Source: Pelomyxa schiedti
Taxonomy: Eukaryota > Protista > Evosea
Length of the DNA: 64,000 nt
Direction of reading: 5' to 3'
Assembly (NCBI GenBank): GCA_020536535.1
Contig: JAHLWZ010000158.1
Span: 1-64,000, forward strand
Of the stretch, positions 11,521 to 23,613 are shown piece after piece. The notes beneath the pieces are model-generated. The model had not been told where the DNA came from and did not search any database. It saw only the letters and a list, made by a program, of their open reading frames with translations. The position numbers and the translations under genes were made by a program. Each line of letters begins with the position of its first letter. Position 1 is the stretch's first letter.

Positions 11521-11815
11521 GTGTAGATAAACAGTTTTCGTAGCCCTTAATTTTTAAACTGTTCCCCGTCGACGATGCACAACACCAGTGAAAACAGCAC
11601 TGCAACTAGTAGTAGTTGCAACACACAGTGGGTGGAGAGTGGTCACGTGGACAAGATGGACGAAGGAAAATGAGATTTATTGTGACGAGGCTGAGGCTCG
11701 TGTGTATCTCCGCAAACCTTGAAAAACTTCTATGTGGAGATTCTTGTGTTTTGGTTTGAGCATTTTGTGTTACCTTCATTTACATTAAAAAATAAAACGA
11801 AAGCAACCACCTTGT

Positions 11816-13087
11816 TTATCTGTGAGTTGTCGAAGTTGCTATGGAGGAGGTTACAGTGAAAGTGTATACCTCTGTGGAAAAATCAATTTTGCAGATTGAA
11901 TTGGCACCAGTTGGGCCTGTAACCTCCACAGATTTGCCAATTTTGTAAAATATGCACCCTGAACATGCAATGACAAGATACAGTGACTCATTTGGCCAAA
12001 TGGGCTGAAGAACCCTTAGTGGTTTCATCATCATTGCCCCAGATGAAACGACGTTATTGCAGTCCCAGATTTCAACTGTTTTGTCAACCTTAAAGATACA
12101 GTACGAGAAAGTGCCAAGCCGTGACAGGCACTTCACTTCTGTGGCTAGAAGCTGGCAGGTGCCTGTACTTTCTGCAACTTCCAGCACTGTGCTGTAGGTT
12201 TGGCACTCCAGGTATTCATAAAGGAAAACACGCTCACCATTGGTTCTGTTCAGGACAAGGGTGGTGAGAAACGTTGGCAGCATGCTTCGTGTTACTTCAC
12301 ATGCTGTCTCGCTCAGCACAGTAAGTGTACCTGTGTTGAGGGTCTCTTTGACATCAATCACATTGAAGAAGAGGCGAAAACGGTCTTGACGTGATGTAGA
12401 TGAAGCCAGAACAATCAGTGCTTCATCAGGATCAAAGTTGCTCAATGTGATTGCCTGTAAAACCTTGTCAGGCGTCTTCAGAATGTTGACATCGGCGGTG
12501 GTACACCGCCTTTGAGGCAGTTCCTGGTCTGGGTCTGGAACCTTCGGTACCAGTAAGTCGACAACAGTCAGTGCGCAGTAATCAGGATTGCGCTCGTCGT
12601 CATAGTGCAGCCACCACTTGTGATTCGAGCAATTGTAGTGCTCCGAACCGCTGTTCTCATCAGTGAACAGCAGCCGGGGCTTCTGAGACCCCAAGTGCTT
12701 TAGCGATACACCTTTGGTGTGCCCGGCAGTGTGCGAAATGACCACGAAGGCATCCGGGTCCACCACATCCACGTCGATCGGCAAAACGGTCCATCTAGCA
12801 ACCAGCTCGAGGCCTCTTGTAATGCTCATCAAAGCAGCGGAGACTCCAATTGTGAAGTAGGAGCAGGGTGAGCATGGGAACCCGAGCTGGGCCGAGACAT
12901 CAAACACGACCTCGGTGTCGTGGAGGCACCAGTCCCACAATTGTGAAGTGGTGAGTGGGAGAGACGCGAAGTGGCGTGCCGGGCTCGACGCACCGCATCG
13001 ATTGTGGGATGCCATCATCAATGCCATAAGTTGTTCCCGTGCGTTGAGTTGCATCCCCATCTCCAAAAATGTGTTTGCTGACATCAC
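11816..13087 (-). CDS. Lineage-specific intronless protein, paralog of 6848-8110
   Basis: 423-aa ORF with NAREQLMALMMASHNRCGASSPARHFASLP...LWDWCLHDTEVV, NHKWW, PDEAL, VIDV, EVAE and VEIWDCN blocks shared with the paralog. Confidence 0.8.
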   Translation of the reverse strand: MMSANTFLEMGMQLNAREQLMALMMASHNRCGASSPARHFASLPLTTSQLWDWCLHDTEVVFDVSAQLGFPCSPCSYFTIGVSAALMSITRGLELVARWTVLPIDVDVVDPDAFVVISHTAGHTKGVSLKHLGSQKPRLLFTDENSGSEHYNCSNHKWWLHYDDERNPDYCALTVVDLLVPKVPDPDQELPQRRCTTADVNILKTPDKVLQAITLSNFDPDEALIVLASSTSRQDRFRLFFNVIDVKETLNTGTLTVLSETACEVTRSMLPTFLTTLVLNRTNGERVFLYEYLECQTYSTVLEVAESTGTCQLLATEVKCLSRLGTFSYCIFKVDKTVEIWDCNNVVSSGAMMMKPLRVLQPIWPNESLYLVIACSGCIFYKIGKSVEVTGPTGANSICKIDFSTEVYTFTVTSSIATSTTHR

Positions 13088-13212
13088 TGGATGATTTGAA
13101 TGAGGCGGGGACTATGCAAAGTGTGCGTCGCAAAAGAATTTTGATTGACAACCGCGAGATTTCCGATACTCCCTTTTCCAGTGATTTGAACGGTTACAGA
13201 GAACCTCTGCTG

Positions 13213-15253
13213 ATGAACTGTAAATGCGTAGTCATTGGGGACAGCGTAGGGAGCAAGACAGATTTATTGGTTAGCTATGTGGATGGGGGACTACGTACTG
13301 AATGCCCGACTACCGTTTTTGACAACACGACCAAGACAGTGGCAGTTGATGGCCGGTGTATTGATCTCACTCTATGGGATACATCTGGGCTGGAGGACGC
13401 CCCCAACGTCGTTTGCTTCCTTTCCTCTTCCTTTCTTTTTTCTTTCTATTTCCTTCTTTTTCCAAGACTTTTTGCTTGCACAGAGAGTACTTGCGTACGC
13501 AAGGAACACCAGTGTTTTCATTGTTGTCTTCTCAGTGGGGCACAGACAGTCCTTTGAGAGTGTGAGCAGAGTATTTCACCCTGAAATTACGAAGCACTCC
13601 CCTGAAACTCCCTACATCCTTGTTGGCACAAGAACTGAGTTGGGAGCACGGAGATTAATAACTTATGAGCAAGGTGTTGCCAAAGCCAAAGAGATAAATG
13701 CAGCTAAATACATGGAGTGCTCAGCAGTGACACATGAGGGCGTGAGGGAGGTGTTTGAGGAAGCTGCAAGGTGTGCCAAGGCTTATGAGCAGGAATGCAG
13801 AATCAAACAGTTGGAAGAAGAGGTGAGTGCACTGAAGAAAGAGCTAACTGCATCTTTAAATGGTTGAAATACTCATGTTGCCACCTAACAAATAATCAAA
13901 AAAAAAAGAAGTGAGCACTATCACAGAACGGAACCAAACACTAAACGCAGAGGTTGAGCACTGTATGCTAGACAATGCCTTACTTTAGGTTCTTAATTAA
14001 GATGAAAATAGTGAAAGAGGGAAACATGAACCTTGAGGCCAGATTTTCAGCACTCACTGATGAAATCCAGAAACAACAGGTTTCTCCAAATCAAATTGAC
14101 ACTTAAACTTAATTAAGTGCCCCCTAATACAGAAACAAGTTGAACAAATGATTTCATTGATTCCGGCTGATGTTTCTGACTTCACCTTGGAGAAGCTCCT
14201 CGGAACTGGTGCCAGTGCCGCTGCATTCAAAGTAAGGTTCTCCAACAGCCCTTATCCAGGAAGCACCACAACCACAAGCAAGTCCACCATGGTAATGAAA
14301 GTCCTGTTCAACTGGGAGAGCACTCCAAGGCATACAAGGCTCAGGCAGAAGTACATGGCAGAGTGTGTGATACTATCTTCCATCCCTCCCCATCCAAATA
14401 TTATTCATCCCCTTGGTGCACTGGTCATTCCCAGGTGATTGACCCTCTTCAATCTTCTCAATTTTTTTGACAGGTTGTACTTTGAAGGTTGTCTGATGAA
14501 TTTATTGAGCAGATTCCAGTCACCCAACTGGCTTTTCGTGAAATGGCACTGAACAAGTCACTTGCACTGATCATGCCCTTTGGGGGTATCCCTCTGTCCG
14601 CCTTCCTCCAATCCCTTCTTCACTCTCCCTCTTCTCGACCCCCATGGGATGCAACTCTGAACCTATTCTTACAAGCAGTTAAGGCAGTGCACCACCTTGA
14701 AAACAGCAAGGTCGTTCACAGGTTGCCATTTCTCTCTCACAAGAAACACTCAAAAAAAAAAAGGGACATCAAAGAGGACAATCTGTTGGTGGACCCAGAG
14801 ACACACAAACTGTCTCTGATTGACTTTGGGGAGGCCACACAATGCCGCAAAGCTGACCTTGAAGTGACTGTTGCTGCAGACATGCAACTCTGGGGGAATA
14901 CAGGGACGATGCCCCCAGAGCTGAGTTCACTGCTGAGGACACTCAGGGCCACTGGACCAACACCGTTCTCGTATTCCAAGTGCGATTCCTTTGCAGTTGC
15001 GGTCACGCTCTGGGATGCACTCCTGCCACCAGATAACAAGTTCATTGGGAGCACACTCAACAACAACATGGCCGCATTCACACCCGTCAAGCTATCAAGC
15101 ATGCTCCCGGACCCCCTTGAGTTCTTCCCTCCCTGCCAAGGCACACACAGCCGCCTAGCAACCATGAAAGAGGTCATGATCGCGATGATGGCTCCTGAGA
15201 AACACGCCAGGATGTCCTGCTCGGAGGCCATTCAGTGTCTCTCTTCGTACTGA
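13213..15253 (+). CDS. Rho/Rac-like GTPase - coiled coil - PINK1-like Ser/Thr kinase fusion
   Basis: Rho motifs: KCVVIGDSVGSKT, PTTVFDN, LTLWDTSGLED, KYMECSA. Introns 13863-13908, 13963-14011 and 14080-14132 keep frame into the kinase (LGTGASA, MVMKVLFNW, PPHPNII, HRDIKEDN after removing 14722-14763, IDFG, GNTGTMPPE, YSKCD). Confidence 0.75.
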
Positions 15254-15309
15254 CGTCAGCGCCTTCGCAGAAAACATAATAATAATAAATTTGGCTGAGC
15301 AAACCCACA

Positions 15310-16407
15310 ATGAAGCGACGCAGACGTGAAACCACAGTGAAATCAACATCGATACCTGCCTATACACCTTGTGATGACGTCATCCACAGCACGACACCCT
15401 CCTCGATGTCGTTGCCGCCGTCCTCCTCTCTGGACCAAATGGTTCCTCCCTCAGTCATGGAACTCATTGTTGCTTTCTTATTTTGCCCTCCTTTCCCGAC
15501 TTCATCAACAACAACAGCAACAACAACTTCCTCCCACAAACTTGGCAGGACCAACTGTGTGATCAACTTTGCACTGTGTTCGAGAGCATGCCTTGCTGCG
15601 TGCGATAGGGTCAGCATGACGATGCGTGTGAGGTCGTTCGTGAGGCCATACCTCAGGCTGGTGATGATGACTGGTGACAGGAATGATGACACAGTGTCTG
15701 AAGAGCTTGTGGAGAGGGACAGTGATGATGAGAGGGAGCTGGAGGAAGCCGCTCGCGGGATACGGAAGGCACTGAGGATAAAGAGCTGGGTAAAGGCGGT
15801 GCACAATTCGGTGCTGGTGTCCATGAGGAACAAAGTGCCTCGACACAGTGCTCACTTCATCTCATGTGACGTGAAGGAGTGTGCAAACTGCCAACAGAAC
15901 TGCACTGAAGTTGCACAACAGGGAGAAGCGTGGTTCTTCCCCACAACAGCAGCAACAGCAACAACAAAAGCAGTGGTGAGAAGGGACCAGAGGGTATATG
16001 TGCATATCCTTGGGGAGATGATAATCCCGATGCAAAATGAGGATGACGACGACCGTGAGGAAGAAGAAAACGAACCACATGCCACCGTGTGGTACTGCAT
16101 TGCTGACACTGGGAATGTTCCACAACCACCACCATTCTGGGAGACCAGACTGGAAATGCAAGATCAGATTCAGGTGCTGAGGCAAGAAAGGGATTCAGGT
16201 GCTGAGGCAAGCGCCTTTGCACCCTGGGTCAAAGTGTATGACACATGGAGTGCATACCCGAAACACCTTCTTGATAAACATGCAGAGGAAGTGAGCCAAC
16301 TGGCAGGTGTGGCAGCGTTGTGTGCCCTTGCTGGATTACCAGCAGATCAGGGCAGTAATTTGCTTAAAACTTTGGCAGACGCTGCTGATTGTGCCTGTCT
16401 TCTTTGA
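15310..16407 (+). CDS. Hypothetical intronless protein with an F-box-like N-terminal motif
   Basis: 365-aa ORF. LDQMVPPSVMELIVAFL...VINFALCSRACL resembles an F-box with a low-complexity insert. Confidence 0.55.
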   Translation: MKRRRRETTVKSTSIPAYTPCDDVIHSTTPSSMSLPPSSSLDQMVPPSVMELIVAFLFCPPFPTSSTTTATTTSSHKLGRTNCVINFALCSRACLAACDRVSMTMRVRSFVRPYLRLVMMTGDRNDDTVSEELVERDSDDERELEEAARGIRKALRIKSWVKAVHNSVLVSMRNKVPRHSAHFISCDVKECANCQQNCTEVAQQGEAWFFPTTAATATTKAVVRRDQRVYVHILGEMIIPMQNEDDDDREEEENEPHATVWYCIADTGNVPQPPPFWETRLEMQDQIQVLRQERDSGAEASAFAPWVKVYDTWSAYPKHLLDKHAEEVSQLAGVAALCALAGLPADQGSNLLKTLADAADCACLL

Positions 16408-16692
16408 AGTCTACCATTTGACCATGCTCAAACATATGTTGTGCCACAACACCTCATTATTATTCTTATTTCGTGAACAAAAACGAATGGTGGCAGGAAC
16501 CCTGGTCCAGGCCCAACGCCCGCGATATCAACTGCATTTGATGATGCGTCACGATTGATTGCAGATGCTCAGCAGAGGTACTTCGATACAAAAAAAAAGT
16601 GAGTGAATTCTAGAAAAAAGGTGAATTGATTCTTTTCTACCTTGTACACAAAAGTTCTTTTAGGCAACAAAAACAAAAAGCCACAAGTGGGA

Positions 16693-19103
16693 TCAGTTGT
16701 TTGCTTTGGGTTCATCAGTGGAGACGGGTTCCTTTTGCTCTCCAGGCTTTGCTTCAATTGTGATGGGATTGGGAGTTGATTCTGGTTGCGCTGTTGTTGT
16801 TACTACTTCCTGTTGGGTAGCTGTTGGTGTAGTCGTTTCTATTGTACTTGGCGATTCCGTGTGAACAGTGGCATCATTGATTGTTGGGGGCTCTGTGTGA
16901 GAGGATGTCCCAGTAATAGAAGAGGATGAGGCTGCAACGCTTGGTTGGGTTGTTGGTGTGGTAGAAGTGGTAGTAGTGGTGGTTGTTGCTGTGGTCGAGG
17001 CTTCGGCTGCTGGGGTGGTTGCGGTTGCTGTGGGTGTGGGGGTGGGGGTTGTGATGGGCGCAGAAAGCGCGGGTGCGGCGGTGGCGGTGGAAGTCGGCGC
17101 GGATGAGGCTGGTGCGGCAGCGTGGTGTATTGTCTCTTGAACAAAGGTGCGGATTTGTTGGATGAAAGTGGGCATGAAGCGCCTATCATGTGTGAAGAAG
17201 TGGTCACCGTCTTGGTGGACAAACAGGTGCCCGTTCTGTGAGGAAATTAGTGGAAAGCGTGGTGTGCCTTGTTGTTGCTGGAAACCTTAGAAACTTGCAT
17301 CCACAAATCTTGTGAGTCGTGGTGGTCTTTGCCTCCATTTAGGAAAAGAAGAGGACCAGAATACTTCGGTAGTTGGATAGCGGGATTAATCGTTTTGAGA
17401 ATCTACGTGTGATGAGGGGACGGATCAAAAAGGGAAAAAGTGGAAAAACCCGAATTTGATCTTCAGCACAATCGAAATAGAGGCCACACCGCAAATTGCA
17501 TTCATCAATGAGATCCTCAGATATGTTGGTCAGATCCATAGAAGCAACGAGTTGTTGAACTACGGTCTAAGCGATGATCAACGAATTTCCCAGAAGGAGA
17601 TACCCACCTTTCGAGGTGCAAGTTTTGTGACACCTTCAAGAACAACTAATCCTAACCGTGCAGCCAGACTTGAACCTGGACCAACATTTTGCCCTGAAAA
17701 ATACATATGACTATCATGGTAAAAAGAAACGAGGAATACATACCAGCACTACAGATAACAGCACCAGCAAATAAATGCGGATGTTCACCCACAATGTGCA
17801 TTCCCAAATAGCCACCCAAACTATCACCAACATATATGACTACTTGTCCATCAAGGTTCTGTTCTACAAATTGAGTAACAGTGTCCACTGCCGAGGCAAG
17901 GGATAGAGGCTGAAATAGAAACAAAATGAGAAAGTCACGGATCAAGGATAGAAGGCAAGACCTCATTCATTCGGCTCCCATGTCCAGGTAAGTCAATAGC
18001 ATAACAACGGAACTCAGTTGATAAAGCACGTATCTGAGGGCCCCACATGGAACGGCAGCCACCTCCACCATGAACAAACAACAAAGCAGGAATGGCTGTA
18101 AATTGGAAGTGAGAAATCGCAACGTGAGTGTATTCCCGCATACCGGGATCATTTGAGGGGCCAAAGAAGTCATAGAACTTTGAGTGATCGAGGGAGCTTT
18201 GTTCCTTGAAGCACTTCTTACAGACACGAACCACATTATTGGCACCTTTCTTTCCCTCTGGAAGAATCACGTTCTGGAAGCATTGCGCACATACAACTTT
18301 GTGACATCCACATATATGCCTGTGAGTTCATTTCAGACAGATACAAAAATATATTCTTAAATAGGTTTTGCCAGGGGGGAAAAAAAAAACAATAAAATGT
18401 TGGAACATTTAACTAGAAGTGGATGAGAGCAAAAGCCAAAAACATGATACGTAGTAACATACTTCCAATAGAGTAAACCAAACGCCTTGTTGCACAACTG
18501 GCACGCACTCACTGACGATTTGTCAACAGCCGCTGTACCAGCAGAAGACGTCGACGCCGACGAAGAAGCAGAAGCGGAAGTGGAAGTGGAAGTGGAAGTA
18601 GCAGTAGAAGAAGCTGAAGGCGAAGAAGCTGAGGTAGAAGGTGAGGATGAAGCTGAAGACGAAGCAGAAGCAGGAGAATCAGCGGGAGCCGAAGAAGCAG
18701 AGCTCGAGGCAGTCGAAGCTACTGTACTTTCAAGAGGTGAGGTCGCGACCGCGCCACTTGCAGCAGACTCGGTCGCCGCCGCAGAAGCAGAAGCATAAGC
18801 ATAAGCAGAAGCAGAAGCATTATCAGAATCAGTAACGTGGGCAGAGGCCTCGGGCTCGATCACGATCACGGTCGCGGTGCCATGGGGTGCCTCCTCCTTC
18901 GCCCCCGACCCCTCTCCCTCCCCTTTCTTGTCGCCCTCCACCACAGGCACCGGCGCTGGCGACGGCATGGGATCTGCGCTGGGCGCTGCCGCGGTCGTGG
19001 TGGTGGCGCTGGGGGAGGGCTGCGGCTCCGCGTGGTCGCCTGGGGCTGCTGCGTCGCTCGACGCGGTTGTTGTCGCGCGCTCTGTCTGCTGGTCGGTGGC
19101 CAT
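16693..19103 (-). CDS. FYVE-like zinc finger + alpha/beta-hydrolase with S/T/A/P-rich termini
   Basis: CQLCNKAFGLLYWKHICGCHKVVCAQC...VRVCKKCF; LLFVHGGG, YAIDLPGHG, GDSLGG nucleophile elbow and a late GDHFF His. Confidence 0.8.
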
Positions 19104-19255
19104 CGCCCAATTGATTGTTTTTTTTTTTTTGCGGGGGGGGTGGAATTTCCAGATCTTCGTCTCTTCTTCTCCGAGTCGAAAAAAACCGTGTGCAACAGAC
19201 GCCTTTTGGTCTCGGTCAGTGAGGGAAGACCCACAGTGGCACTACCTCCCCCGTA

Positions 19256-21346
19256 ATGGACGAACGAAGCAGCGCGTGCGCAGCCTCCGAGGGCCTCCCA
19301 AATAGCCACCACAGTGGTGACACCCGAAACGCGGTGGTGCACTCGAATTATGGGGCTGCTGATGCTGCTGCTTCTTCTCCTCCTCCTCCGCCTCTTTCTC
19401 CTGCCCAAAGCCCCCCTGCACTGAGCACAAACGAAATGAAACTCTACAGGAGCCAAGGGACTGAGGACCCTGAGCACGAGTTTGACAAATATCCCGTGGG
19501 CAATAACCTTCCTGGGTCACTTGACCAACCCTTGCATCAAAGAAGTACCTACCATCTTTTTTCCAATTCCTCAAATTAAAGTGGCGTTTCACTGACTGAC
19601 TGACCTACCCAACAAATCACATAACAATTAAACAAACAAACTCATTTTTTAACTGTGTGGTGGGGAAACCCTCACAGGTTGGTTTGACAAATTCAAGGAC
19701 ATGTTGTTTTGGAGTTCACCTACAGCCTCACTGCTCCCTGTGATTGATAACACAGTCAGAGAAGGGGAACCCCTTCTATCTGACACAACTGTGCGCCATG
19801 CACCTCGCCGCATAATTTTGTATCGCTTTTTGGCGGCCTGCATTTGTATGGCACTCACGATAGGCATGTCTAAAATCCAAAATAAAAAAAAAATACAAAA
19901 TACTGGACTGCCTCGTTATGTGTCTTAACATGTGAAATAGCACCTTGGGTAGTTCTTGCATTCATCATACAGGACGATATCCAGGACAACAACGAAAATC
20001 CATACTTTGTGTATGCACTGTTTTCCCACTTTGGCGATAAAAACAACCACCGCGCTGACCACTGTTTCTACAGAACCTGGTTTGTGAGGTCAATGCTATC
20101 ATGGATGACAATAGTTTGGGCGATCTGGTATTTCATAAGAGGGAAGAAGATGCTACGATTAAAACACCAGTTTACCTGGAAGAGATACCTGCTTTCTGCA
20201 TTTCTTATGTCCTTTATCATGTTTTTCAGCGCGCTTATGTGGTATGCCAGCCTGTCAGGAATTAGTGTTTCGGGTTCAACTGCTGGTAGATTTGGTTGTC
20301 AAGTCAGCACAACTAAGTTTCTTATTTAGTGTCTGCGTGCACACCAGTCTTTGTATATATATTTGTATGGACACAATACCTCCAGATTCTTTCTTATTCT
20401 TCATAGGCAGTACCCATACTGAAAGAGAGAATTGTGGCTACGAAACTGCTAGCTACTGTCCTATGTGTTGCTGGTGCCTTGATTGTAGCTCTTACTGGTA
20501 GGTAACTTATTTTTTTTTTTGGATGAATGACTTCCCAAAGCTGTGTCCACTAACGGAAGTGGAAGTTCCGGTGAGTACGTGCAAGACACTCCACTTGGCT
20601 ATATTGAAGTGTTTATCAACACTATACTGTGGTCTCTATTTCTGGTATAATCTCGCCACGCAACTCTATATTTGATGGATATTATGAAGGTTTTGTACCA
20701 GCGATTTGGTGTGGATCATATATTCGAAACTGAACCAACGATAGAGAGAATGATTTTTTATCCTTTCTTATTTGTTGGTGTCTGTGGCCTTATAATGTTT
20801 GGTCTTATGTGGGTCGGTATACCGGTAAAACTCTCCCCCAACCATGTTTGATCCAACAATCGATAGATTCTTTATCTTATCAAAGGGTCTGATACTTTTG
20901 CCTGGCCTTCCTGGAATACGGTGCGGGATTTAATTGGAAGCGCCATTCTATCAGTTTTTGGGGAGATGTACACTTATGTACTTCTCTGTAAACCTCCCTG
21001 ATCACTGTCTAGTACCACTCTCGTTGGCATAGCGTGCTCCTCGGCACTATTCATTTCTATTGGTTCGATATTGGCGTATGTGTTTTATCTTATGTAGACC
21101 ACGCCATACACACCCTCTTCCTAGATTACCCATATCTTCCATATCCGAAGTATACGCATACCACTATCATTTTCCAGGTAAAGCAATCCACACCCGCAAT
21201 TCGCCGAGTTCCTCATTCTTTTCCTAGCATGGTCTTATATTGGTATTGTTCTAGTTGTTGTTGGAACAGGGATTCTGTACCTCGACCAAATCAAAGTAAT
21301 ATGGCTATTCTACAAAAACAGAGCCTACCAACCTGTATGCAATTGA
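19256..21346 (+). CDS. DMT/EamA-type transporter (SLC35F-like)
   Basis: Multi-exon with many hydrophobic helices; ENPYF, WYASLSGISVSGSTA and ILKERIVATKLLATVLCVAG motifs. One probable GC-AG intron at 19864-19940. Confidence 0.7.
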
Positions 21347-21479
21347 TTGTGGCCAAACCCCACAACAAGTCCCAATAGAAAACAAAAATTCAGTACCCCA
21401 AACAACCCGAAAACAAAGATGATCTCAGATTGGAAAAACCCAAGTTGTCCCTTGTTGTTTCATTTCTGCGAAGAAGAAA

Positions 21480-23462
21480 ATGGGCCGTTCGTCTTGGCTT
21501 ATTGGGTTTTGTTCGTGCACAACGTGCAGGTGCTGCGTAGGTGAGATGTCAATTTTGACATTAATTGATTCCCCTGCTAACACTTCTTGTTGTTTCCACG
21601 CGTTGTTCGTTTTTTTTTATTTTTTCCAAATTTTAATTTCTTGTTGCCTTGGGGTGATTATGCAGGGTTCTCCTTTTCACTTTGTGGGAAAAGGATTCCC
21701 GTCAATGTTTCGGCACTTATTTATGTAATTACATTTTTATCTGTGAGCTCTCTTGCTTGGGCTCTGAGTTCCTATGCGCCAACGTCTGCACTCAGCAACT
21801 TCTCCCCAGGTTTCTGTTGTTAGTGCCAAAACTTTTTTTTTTTTTTAACATTCCACCTCAAGAGTTCTCCAAGTGTGCATCAGATGACAGGTCGTGCTTG
21901 CGAACTTTACTTGTTGATAGGATGTTGTTTTCATTAGCAGTATGGTTATATTGCTTTACATTGCATCTTCAAAATATGGGCATAATTTTTTTCAACAGCT
22001 GTACCATGCCATTCACGCAATTCTTCTTGTAAGAGTTCGAACCACCGCAGATTGGAGGAATCAAATTCAAATTGGATGGTGGTTTGTGAAGATATTTATA
22101 CTAGTCTTGTGTATTATCATTTCTCTGTTCATACCAAATGAATTTTTCATGGGCTATGGTCAGTAGTGCAAGTACTTTTTTTTTTCGTTCACGAAGAGAA
22201 GATTGGATTGCCATGCTTGGTGCTTCACTTTTTATTCTCCTACAAATTGTAATTCTTATCGATTCTGCTTGTAGCTGGGGAGGTTTTTTTCCCCTCCAGG
22301 TTTTAGTTCTAATCCCCCACAGCCCAATGGGTCAAAAATATGGATGAAACTGACAATAATCCTTATCGCAGCCACTACTGCAATAAGTGGTTGGTATACT
22401 CACATTGTTCTTCTTTTCTAACAAAATAAGGAAAACGCTACTACTAATTTTTACCTTTGGGCTGTATACCTTTTCCCTTGTTTTGACTGTGCTACTTTAT
22501 GTAAGATTTTTTTTCTATTTCCACCATCCTCCAATGGTTTCAGGTATATTTTACCAATGATTATATTCCTGGAGAGTGCAGTGGTTCACCGTATAATATT
22601 ACTTTCATAACGTTGAACATTGTATTTTCCATTGTCGTTGCCGCCATATCTGTTGCTCCAAAGGTTCCTTTCTTTCCCTAGCATACGTTTTTGACTCAAG
22701 AAGGTGAGAGAGAAAAAGCCTGACTCGGGTTTAATGCAGTCGTCAGTTGTCACTGCCTATACAACTTTCCTTGTTCTAAGTTCAATTTCCAGGTGATGTA
22801 AGTATTAGAACCTAACATGTATCTAACGTCCAGTGTAGTGAGCCGTATTCATGGATGGAGGGTTGCAATAAGTGGACGACAGACTCTAATGGTAGTTCCA
22901 AGGCAGCAACAGTCACTTTAATATTGGTTTGCCAAAAAAACACTTCCCTTTCTGCACTCTTATTCTTTCAGGGAGCTATTCTCACCATTTTGACTGTTGT
23001 GTACACAACAACAAGTACATCCTATGGGTTGACCTCTTGGGAAAGAATTGCGGCGTACTCCGTAATCAATACAAGTGACCACGAGGAACCGGAAGACTCC
23101 TTGGCTATTACCACGAACGTAGCGTATAATTATTGCATTTTCCACATTGTGTTCGCGCTGGTATTTTCTTAGCGTCACTACAGTTCTTTTTATAACAATT
23201 TTGCAGGGGGCAATGTATGTTGGTCAACTCCTCACCAACTGGCAAGTGCTAACCAAAGACGATTCCTCGTGGGTGCCCTTTACTTTCTACGTGACCACTT
23301 ACTTATTTGTTCAGGATGATGGTAGATAGTGGGGTTGCGGCTGTCTGGATCAAAATGACTTCTGGTTGGTTAGTTATTTGTCTTTACATATGGACTCTGG
23401 TTTCTCCTGTTTTGTTCCCTGACAAGGACTTCACTGCACTTTTCTGTTGTCTTCAACTGTAA
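21480..23462 (+). CDS. SERINC: Serine incorporator (Serinc/TMS1) family membrane protein
   Basis: Cys-rich N-terminus; RNQIQIGWWFVK, GASLFILLQIVILID, SGLMQSSVV, YNYCIFHIVFAL, MYVGQLLTNW, VWIKMTSGW...LYIWTLVSPVLFPDKDF. Confidence 0.9.
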
Positions 23463-23613
23463 ATTGGATAAACAAAACCCTTTCACAAAAAAATATTTCT
23501 TGTGAAACCGGATTTGAAAAAAATTAACACATACAGCTTACACAGGAGGAAGACTACTTCATCTGTTGGGATGTTAGAAGTCTCGTATGAATGGAGAAGG
23601 GGAAAACCAAGAT

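Noticed and set aside
18487-19477. Several overlapping ORFs around the divergent promoter
   Set aside because: Antisense or shifted frames of low-complexity N-termini of the two real genes.
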